In this document: positions 56,001-64,000 of the stretch, piece after piece
Position numbering within the stretch: the stretch's first letter is position 1
Layout of the letters: every line of letters starts with the position of its first letter
Source of the DNA: Stegostoma tigrinum
Lineage: Eukaryota
DNA length: 64,000 nt
Direction: 5' to 3'
Assembly (NCBI RefSeq): GCF_030684315.1
Contig: NC_081376.1
Span: 33,819,608 to 33,883,607 of the forward strand
Translations under genes and position numbers: made by a program
Notes under the pieces: generated by a model
Database searches by the model: none
What the model was told of the DNA's origin: nothing
Seen by the model: only the letters and a program-made list of their open reading frames with translations

Positions 56001-59000
56001 GACATCTCAGGTCAGACGCTGAATTGTAGGTGTGAGGCTTTGTCCAGAATCTCTCTCGGAGTTTTAAGCTGGAATCAGACTAGTTTTATTCCAAAAGCTG
56101 GAATTTATAAGATACCACACTGACTGTGACTACAAATTGTGTTTTGTGAACAAATAGAATGTATGTGCAAATAAACAAATATCTTGGATGAAATGATTCA
56201 CCCCATAGATTTATTTATATATCCCTTGTGTGTATGTGGGTTAGGGGAGAGAAAGAGAGTGTGTGCGCGCGGGAGGGCTGGGGAAGGGTGAGAGGGAGAA
56301 AGTGAGTGTGCATGCATACAGGAGGCTGGGGGAGAAAGGGAGAGAGAGTGTGCGTGTGGGGGAGATGGAGAGACAGAGAGTGTCTGCTAAGATGAGGAGG
56401 AATGTGACAGATCCCTGAAAGTTTTGAAAGACGTCCTCGTAAGAACAGGATATGATGTTTAACTCATCGATCACCAGCTCCGAAGTGCAACAGTGATAAA
56501 CTACAAAGACCTCTTCAGAATACAGACACTGGATAAGACCGATAGATTACACGTTGTCATCCAGTACTTCGCTGGAGCAGAGAATCTACACCATGTTCTT
56601 TGAGCCTTCAACATGTCATCCATGTGATGAGCATCTCGCCAAATCTTCCCTACACCTCCACTTCTCGCCCTTAAACAACTACCAAACCTCAAACAGACCG
56701 TAATTCATTGCAAACAACCCACCCTTCAGGACAACATCGACCACAACTCCACACAACCTCGGCATGGCAACCTCTGCAAGACATCTCAGACCATTGACTC
56801 GGATACTTCCATCGCATGTGGGAACACGTTGTTGAGAACACGTTGACAGCAGATACTTGTGACTTGCATGGTATATTGGTGAGACCATGCAGATGCTATG
56901 CCAGCGGATGACTAGACACGGTGCAACATTCACCAGACAAGAAAGTACCCTCTTGATTGGGGAACACTTCAGTGGTCAAGGACATTCGGCCTTCTGTCTT
57001 TGAGTAAGCATCCTTCAAGGCAGACTCCTGTGATATACAATGCAAAATTGCTGAGCAGAAATTGACAGCCAAGTTTCGTATCCATGAAGACACCCTCAAC
57101 CGTGATCTTGGATTCATTTTGCACTACAGATGATCCTACCACTGTACAATCACCACTATCTGTATAATCTTCCTTACTTTCCTGTTTTGACAAATTGATA
57201 AGTTATGATTGCTCTACCTTAATTGGTTTGTACACTCTTGACACATGCTCGCTCGCTCTCACGTGAGTATATAAATCTATAGGGTGAATCATTTCATCCA
57301 AAGCGTTTATTTATTTGCACATACATTCTGTTTTGTTCGAAAAAACACAATTTGTAGTCACAGTCAGTCAGTGTGACATCTTATAAATTCCACTTTTCGG
57401 AATAAAATCGGCCTTATTCCAGGTTAAAACTCTTGAGACAAATTCTGAACAAAGCATCACACCTATAATTCAGTGTCTGACCTGAGATGTCATCTTCCTA
57501 GTCTCTCCCTGATTATGATGATAGCACAGCACTGACCTTGACTTTACAAACACTTTACACGCTGTGTTACACATTTAGCAACCTGTAGAGACTTCCCATC
57601 TGACATTCCATTCACATCCGTTGTATGATCTTTTGATCTTTCTGCCCTTGATGTACCTGCCGATTAACTCTGTTTGTGTGCCCTGCTTTCTTACTGCACC
57701 TGACAGAGGGCTTGTGTGATTCCAAATAAACCTGTTGGACGGTAACCTGGTGTCATGTGACTTCTCACTTTGGCCAACCACCGCCACATCATGGCAACAA
57801 TATCTGATTGTAGCTGTTCCTATGTGCAAACTTTCCAGCTAGAGTCACTGGCTATTGATTGCAAGCAGAAGTTACTGGGATGCTATCAGGAGCTGGATTC
57901 CTGGCTAGTTTTCTGTCAGTGCCATTAACAAAGTAAAATTAAGTTTCTACCTATCATAACACAGAGAAAGAGGGTCATATTCTCAGGCAGCAATGTAATT
58001 TGAAATCAGGATATGTTAGTTAACTTCTCAAAATACTTATTTCTTCCTTGAAGCATAGATATGGCAACACATCAGTCTCTATGTAGCACATTGTTGCTGA
58101 GTGTTGTTCCCCAATAAAGGATAATTTCACTGGCCACACTGAATTGTCCAATTGCCTTGCTTACATCTCTTAATGTTCTTTTAATAGAAATTAATGTTGA
58201 AACCACTTTTAAAATATACAAATTTTGAATATTTCTGTTGTTTAGCATATAGGACTCTGTTAGAAACCATTATCTCAGTTTTAACAAAATTTTGTTCTGC
58301 TTTACAGACGACAAAGGGAGCCTCGTCATTCAGAATAACCCGTGGCATAGAAGCTGTTGGAGGCAGTCTGAGGTAAGTGTAATTATTTTACATTTTCTGC
58401 TTAATGTCTAATCACTATGATGATCAGGAATGGATCACTGTCCCTCACAGTCTCAAAAGCAGGTAGTCCTTGCTCTGTGCATAACATTCTTGCCTCTAAG
58501 TCCAAAAATTCAAGTCACAGTCCAGAGGGTTGAGCACATACTGCTGGCTGGCATTCCCAGTACAGTTGTAGGACAATGTTGGATTGTCAGAGGCACAGTC
58601 TTTTGGGTAGGACATTGACTGAGGCCCCATATGAGTTGGACATAAAAGATTTGCACAACACTATTCAAAGAAGAGCAGGGAAGTCTCATTAGTATTTATC
58701 GTTCAATCAATATTACTTTCTATAAAAGACAGCATATTATCTCATTGATGTTTATGGGACTTCTGTATGCAGTTTGGTGCCCTGTTCTCGTTAAGTGACT
58801 ACACTTAAAAACGTATTTAATCAGCAGTAAATCACTTTGCAGTGTCCTGAGGTTTTGAAAAACACTGTTAAAACAAATTATTCTTTTCTATTCTGAGCGT
58901 CAGATTTTGCATGGGTGAAGTGCTGAACAAAATTGTCCTGTTCTCTGTGACTGCTGGCAGTATGTTCTATTTGCTGAACTTTTTTCTGCACCAGCTTTTA

Positions 59001-62000
59001 TTGTCTGTTTACGTATAAATAGTAACAAATCTTTTTCTGCTGGGAACTGTCTCAGAGTGGGCAATATTATCTCAGACTGCACACACTAGAATCTTTCATT
59101 TCAGCAACATGGGGGTATCTCCCAACCTCTCAGTTTTTGGAACCAAACATCCAATTTATGAAAATCGTCTGAATCCACTCAGCTTGATATGAATTTTTAA
59201 TTCCTGAAAATCTTATTGCAGGACAAATTTAATACCTTTAATTTCAATGTGCATCTTGTTGAAAACAAACATATGCTACTTTTTAATCCTGACTATTTTT
59301 CTACACTCCTAATTATTTGAATTTTCTGGTGTTGATGTGCATTGGTTTGATTATTTGCTAGAACCATTTTAAAAGAGGATTTACAAAGACCTTTCTGAGT
59401 GCAGCTGACTTTAGTCTGTTACACCCTGAAATTATTAACCATTTCTACTATTGCAGTGTGACATCTACAAGGGAAAACATGATCTATGCGGTGGAATGTA
59501 TGCGCGACTATGTGTGAGTATTCTATACATTTCAGAGGTGGCCTCTAGTTTTTGCATATTTTGAAGGTTGGGGGTTTTAAGAAAATCGTTCTTGGTTAAC
59601 ACGCAGGAACAGGAGGAGGCCATTCACCCTTTCCAACCTGTTCCACAATTCATTAAGATCACGGCTGTGCGTCTTAACCCCATTTTCCTGTCACAGTTCT
59701 CTCGTCTTTTATTCCCATATCTAACAAAAGTCTTACAATCTCAAATTTAAAATTATTAATTAAAATAGTATCTACTTGTTTAGCTTTGCCCTAAATTTTA
59801 ACAAAATCCTCAATTGATGTTAGATAATTATCATATTTGCACTGAGCTGACTGTTTGTACAGTACTAACTGGTACCAATCCTTTCTGCCTCTTGTAATAA
59901 ATGATAGTTTATGGTACAGTATTACCTACGGATTTGTACATGGATCTGTAACAACCTCAATTCCTTCGTCTGACTCAGCATCCATACCTGATTCTCATTT
60001 ATTAATCCTCACCTTCTCCAGCTGACTTGACTGGCACATTTTCCCACGTTATGCAGAAAAAAATAGAATGCATATTGCTGTCGATAAGTAACCCCCGAAC
60101 TTCTCCCCTCAGTGACACTGTAATGGAGTATCTGATCAATGTTACTGCTGCCCAGGAGTTCAGGAGGTGGGAACTTTCGGAACTGCCTTCAAGACTGGAA
60201 TTGGATAGAGCAGTTGCCTATCAGAATCCACAAATAGGTGAGATTTGAAAGACATGTTGGGCCGATATTAAAAGAATTGGCCTGTGAGGCTGATGTTACT
60301 TGAAAATCAATCCCATTGTAAAACTGCTTTGAGATCCCCATTGGAGCCAATGTTTGTTGGTAGCTGAATGAATTGTTTAGTGAGGTCTGGGCAGACAAGT
60401 AAAGGACAGGATCCTTGCAAATTGAGGCATTAAACGTAGTTCCATAGCTTATCCTCCCAGCACATAAGAACTAGGAGCTGGAGTAGGCGATTCAAACTTT
60501 TGAGCTTGCTGCACGTTTGTTACAGTCATGGCGGTTTTCATCCACACCTCACTTCCACTCTCCTGCCTGCTGTCCATAATCCTACGACTCACTACTGTTT
60601 AAAACAAAACTATCTTCTCTTTAAATTTATTCGATGTTCCAGCATCCACTGTACTGTGGGATAGTGAATTCCATAGATTCATGACTCATTGAGAGAAATA
60701 ATTTCTTTTCACCTCTGTTTTAAATCTGCTATTCCTTATTCTGAAACTACACCTTTTGTTCTAGGTTGCCCCACATGAGGAAGCATCCTTCCTACATCTA
60801 CTTTGTCAACCCCTTTAATATCTTCCATACTTCAACTATATGTCCTTTAATCTTCTAAACTCTAGAGATTATAGGTCTAAACTGCTCAATCTCTTGTGAT
60901 AAAACAAACCTGTCCTCTGGAATCCATCTTGTGAATTTCCTCTGAATTGCCTACAGTACAACTACATTGCTCCCTGTGAATTATATTCTCTGAAGTGTTA
61001 TGAATTAACAGGAAAGAGTATGCCAACAAGACTGTCCCACTGTTCCAAAAGTAGCCACCAAATACTTAAGTGTACAAAATAGCAACGGGACCGCAAAATG
61101 ACCAGTTAGCCTGACTCTTCTTTTCCTGAGTGGCAGTCAATTCACACGAGGTTTCTTGAGGTATCAAAAAACAATAACGGTTCATTGTAACACAGGTAAA
61201 ATTAAATTAAGTAAACAAAAAATCTCTTAGTTTATGCAACTTGGACTATACTGCTTCACAAACCCATTGATACCTCTTAATTGCAACTAAGGAAAAGGTC
61301 AACTGGTTTAACATCTGTACAATGGTTGGGAAGAAAATATATAGTTAGGGTAAGGAAATTCCAAAGATCAAAGGTCCGTACCACCGGCTGGAAAGTTATT
61401 TTTCTCTCTGTCCGTTTCATTTTTGCAGTGATGGTAGGCTGTTGCCTGAAGGGTTGTTCTTCAGTTTGATGGTTCATCAGGTGAACTTGGGTCTTTTCTT
61501 GTCAAAGACACTATGGGCAGTTTAGCATGGCCAGTCCATGTAACCTGTACATCTTTGGATTGTGGGAGGAAACCAGAGCACCAGTGGAAACCCACATGGA
61601 CACTGGGAGAATGTGCAAACTCCACACAAACAGTGCCTGAGTGTGGAATTGAATGTGGGTCCCTGACACTGAGCCACTATGCCATTCGTAGTTAAGTTGA
61701 ATAACTTTAAGGAGGAGCTGTATAAAGCATTGAGTTATAGGGAGAGGCTGGTACTTTTTTTCACTGGAACATTGAAGTTGAAGGGGTGACCTTGTAGAGG
61801 TTTTTTAAAAACATAAGGGGTACAAATAAGGTATGTTCTTCCTAGGGTGGGGGATTTCAAGACTAGGAGGCATATTTTTAAGGTGAGAGGAGAAAGACAT
61901 GAGGGGCAACTTATTTACACAGACTCGTTCATGTGTGGAATGAACTTCCAGAGGAAGTGGTGGATGTAGGTACAGTTACATCTGAAAAACATTGGGATAA

Positions 62001-63455
62001 GTACATGAGTAAGAAGGGTATGGAGGGATATGGGCCAAGCGCAGGCAGCTGGGACTGGTTGAGTTTGATGTTATGGTCAGAATGGACTTGTTGGACCAAA
62101 GGGTCTGTTTCTGTGCAGTGTAACTCTGACCCTATAAGAGAAAGGAAAGAACAGAAGGATATGTTGATAGTGTGAAATGAAGTGAGGAAAAGACCATAGT
62201 ATTGACACTGGTGCAGACCAATTGGGTCAAATGATACTTGATATAGATTGCTTCCTGAACAATTCTGTGTTTTTATTGTGGAAGCAGTCGTGAATTATTT
62301 TTCTTTTGTAGGTGTTCTGGAGAATCTGCATTCGGCTGCTTACCGTAATGCCTTGAGCAACCCCCTGTACTGTCCTGGATTTATGGTTGGTCAGCACACA
62401 GCAGACCAGGTATGATCAAAACACAACACAATCTCCATCTAAAGAAAATCTTTTAAAAGGAATCTTTGAAGCTTATCTCTAATGCATACATGACACAATG
62501 TCTCCACAGCTGCATGAATTTGTACAAAACAATTTTACAAGTGGAAGGATGGCTCTTGTAGGGGTGGGTAAGTGCTATATTAGCATCAGTTATATTTTTC
62601 CATGTTACTTTTTTTGTGTGTTCGTCATTTTGGTGACTTCTTTGAATTACTGTTCCTGACTACATTTTCTGAAATACTTAATTGACTTTGAAGTGCTATG
62701 GAATGACTGATATTGTGAAAGAAATGTAAGTCTTTTAGTGCTTTCTGCTGAGCCTTTAAGAAACAGACTAGTATATTTTTCAAATCTGAGTTTAGCATGT
62801 TGGTATGTTGAAGCACTCAGTTGTTTACATTAAATTCTGCAGAGACTGCACACTCTCTCACACACAAATAAAATTTAAAGGATAGGAAATCAGGTTGTAT
62901 TTTCCTAAATGTTCATCATTATAACGATGTGCTAAATTACAATTTATTTGACCAGATCAAAAGTAACCAAAATCATTTAAGAGATAGTAGGAACTGCTGA
63001 TGCTGGAGAATCTGAGATAAAATGATTGTGGACCTGGATGAACACAGCAGGTCAAGCAGTAAAGTTTGACGTTTTGGGTTGAGACCCTTCTTCAGGAAAA
63101 AAAAGTGAAGAAGGGTCTCGATCCGAAACATCAAACTTTCCTGCTCCTCTGCTGCTTGACCTGCTGTGTTCATCCAGCTTCACACCGTGTTATCTCAAAA
63201 TCATTTAAGACCTATTTTCCACAGGATACCATTCCAGCAACCTCTAGATGTTTTACTTTTATTTTAATGCTAGTAGCCGTTTTGATATTTTTTAGGATAC
63301 AGTACGTTTGGATTGTGCATCCAGCATGCTTGAATTATTGCATCTCTTCCTATTCACAGGTGTGAACCACACAGTATTGAAGCAAGTGGGTGAACATTAC
63401 CTGAACATGAGGAGTGGTACTGGTGCAGCTGGTGTGGCAGCTAAATTCCGTGGAG
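46974..63455 (+). CDS. UQCRC2: Ubiquinol-cytochrome c reductase core protein 2, exons 1-9 (continues beyond window)
   Basis: join(46974-47018,51971-52060,55179-55328,58308-58372,59457-59513,60113-60237,62312-62409,62510-62567,63360-63455); presequence ending KRFYS, then [67 protein letters not shown]. Confidence 0.96.
47493..48500 (-). mobile_element. 5'-truncated Neptune-type Penelope element, GIY-YIG endonuclease frame open
   Basis: TSD GCACAATACAGCT (47480-47492, 48512-48524); minus frame ..[49 protein letters not shown]...[17 protein letters not shown]. Confidence 0.92.
47554..47581 (-). ncRNA. Minimal hammerhead ribozyme motif
   Basis: minus strand CTGATGA-AGGGTCTAGGCCC-GAAAC-GTC in the 3' terminal repeat of the element. 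Confidence 0.72.
49170..49400 (+). mobile_element. HE1-like SINE
   Basis: ttagcactgctgcctca..gggtttgattccagcc..ctgtgtggagtttgca..ccacagtccaaagatgtgcagg. Confidence 0.8.
49700..51450 (-). mobile_element. CR1 LINE ORF2 (RT) and 3' end, decayed
   Basis: Minus ORFs [34 protein letters not shown]; [11 protein letters not shown]. Confidence 0.88.
51971..52060 (+). CDS. UQCRC2: UQCRC2 exon 2
   Basis: ttcag|[30 protein letters not shown]|gtcagt. Confidence 0.88.
52365..52454 (-). mobile_element. 90-bp Penelope terminal fragment ending inside the hammerhead core
   Basis: 13-bp TSD AAGATACTTTGGG (52352-52364, 52455-52467); minus ..TGA-AGGGTCTAGGCCC-GAAACGTC. Confidence 0.8.
52705..52728 (+). repeat. 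(GA)n microsatellite
   Basis: Direct inspection. Confidence 0.85.
52875..54205 (-). mobile_element. CR1 LINE RT fragment and tail
   Basis: Minus ORFs [20 protein letters not shown]; RDSQHGF. Confidence 0.85.
55179..55328 (+). CDS. UQCRC2: UQCRC2 exon 3
   Basis: acag|[33 protein letters not shown]...LAANL|gtaagt. Confidence 0.96.
55729..57768. mobile_element. Older fold-back Penelope element (third family) with decayed GIY-YIG ORF
   Basis: Inverted arms ~55729-56215 / ~57270-57768; plus-strand remnants [33 protein letters not shown]. Confidence 0.8.
58308..58372 (+). CDS. UQCRC2: UQCRC2 exon 4
   Basis: acag|[21 protein letters not shown]|gtaagt. Confidence 0.96.
58490..58880 (+). mobile_element. 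Deu-SINE-like copy
   Basis: Same architecture as 26500-26910 (gagcacata..ggctg..cccagtacagt; actattc.aagaagagcaggg; gtgactacactt.aaa). Confidence 0.6.
59457..59513 (+). CDS. UQCRC2: UQCRC2 exon 5
   Basis: gcag|[18 protein letters not shown]|gtgagt. Confidence 0.94.
60113..60237 (+). CDS. UQCRC2: UQCRC2 exon 6
   Basis: tcag|[20 protein letters not shown]...AVAYQNPQI|gtgaga. Confidence 0.95.
60460..60970 (-). mobile_element. CR1 LINE 3' fragment
   Basis: cataagaactaggagc.ggagtaggc.attc tail; gaattccatagattca..gagagaaa.aatttc. Confidence 0.7.
61513..61690 (-). mobile_element. HE1-like SINE
   Basis: Reverse complement of the SINE core (catctttggattgtgggaggaaacc..gagaatgtgcaaactccacac). Confidence 0.8.
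61720..62130 (+). mobile_element. CR1/HER1-type 3' fragment
   Basis: [27 protein letters not shown]. Confidence 0.8.
62312..62409 (+). CDS. UQCRC2: UQCRC2 exon 7
   Basis: gtag|[22 protein letters not shown]...TADQ|gtatga. Confidence 0.95.
62510..62567 (+). CDS. UQCRC2: UQCRC2 exon 8
   Basis: acag|[19 protein letters not shown]|gtaagt. Confidence 0.95.
62983..63195. mobile_element. Palindromic Penelope-derived fold-back element
   Basis: 15-bp TSD CAAAATCATTTAAGA (62968-62982, 63196-63210); two divergent degenerate hammerhead cores around an A8 spacer. Confidence 0.82.
63360..63455 (+). CDS. UQCRC2: UQCRC2 exon 9
   Basis: acag|[20 protein letters not shown]...AKFRG|gtgagc. Confidence 0.94.
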
Positions 63456-64000
63456 GTGAGCTTTGTGACTAATGTCTGTAGGTAAAATGGTGTGGGTTTA
63501 ATATCTATATCAGCATCCTGCATCTACTAAGAAACTAATTGGAGTATAAGACCAATTTTAAGATCTTCAACTTAAAGACATAAAAAACATAGTATGTTTT
63601 CGTATTTTCCGTGGAACAGGTTTCTAGTTTGAAGCCTCAGGTTATAACAACTCTGCGTAAAGTGTGGCTGACCACAAGAGTCTCCCACTCTTGCTGCCAG
63701 CCGTAGACATGTTGGAATAATCAATTTGTTTGGCTGCATTATGAATGTACCTTCTATGTGGGACTCGAAATTGGAGTTCTGGCTTAGATGCTGGGATGCT
63801 TCCTCTTGTGCCTCAAAATGTCTTATCACGGTGTTAGCTTTTCTGATAATTAAATACAGGAGTTGCATCCTTAGGTGAATAAAGCAGACAGAACATCTTC
63901 CCTCTGGTAACTACAATACCATTTAATTTTACTACATGTATTTTGGGCTATATGGTAAATTGTCTCTGCACCAGTTTGTCTCAGTTGGGCTGTTGAATCC

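Overview
Eukaryotic (vertebrate) genomic DNA, most likely a shark. The shark call is inferred from HE1/V-SINE-like and Deu-SINE-like repeats, CR1 LINEs and Penelope families, not from a database search. Four spliced protein-coding genes were reconstructed by hand with GT-AG boundaries and consistent exon phases: CRYM (mu-crystallin/ketimine reductase, minus, exons 1-5, 3' part outside the window), a complete 593-aa BTB-BACK-6xKelch (KLHL-family) gene I cannot match to a named mammalian orthologue (plus), SNU13/NHP2L1 (15.5K, minus, complete, 128 aa) and UQCRC2 (plus, exons 1-9, 3' part outside). Introns and intergenic DNA are dense with retroelements. The most distinctive non-coding signal is at least three Penelope-like (GIY-YIG) families whose termini carry minimal hammerhead-ribozyme motifs (CTGATGA-stem II-GAAAC-GTC). 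Many are inserted as fold-back copies with clean 10-17 bp target-site duplications. Also notable: a repeated YY1 + AGGTCA composite motif in the UQCRC2 promoter, a structured SNU13 intron 2 enclosing a cryptic acceptor, a decayed tRNA-Ser gene and a solo LTR. Most short ORFs in the supplied track are spurious.
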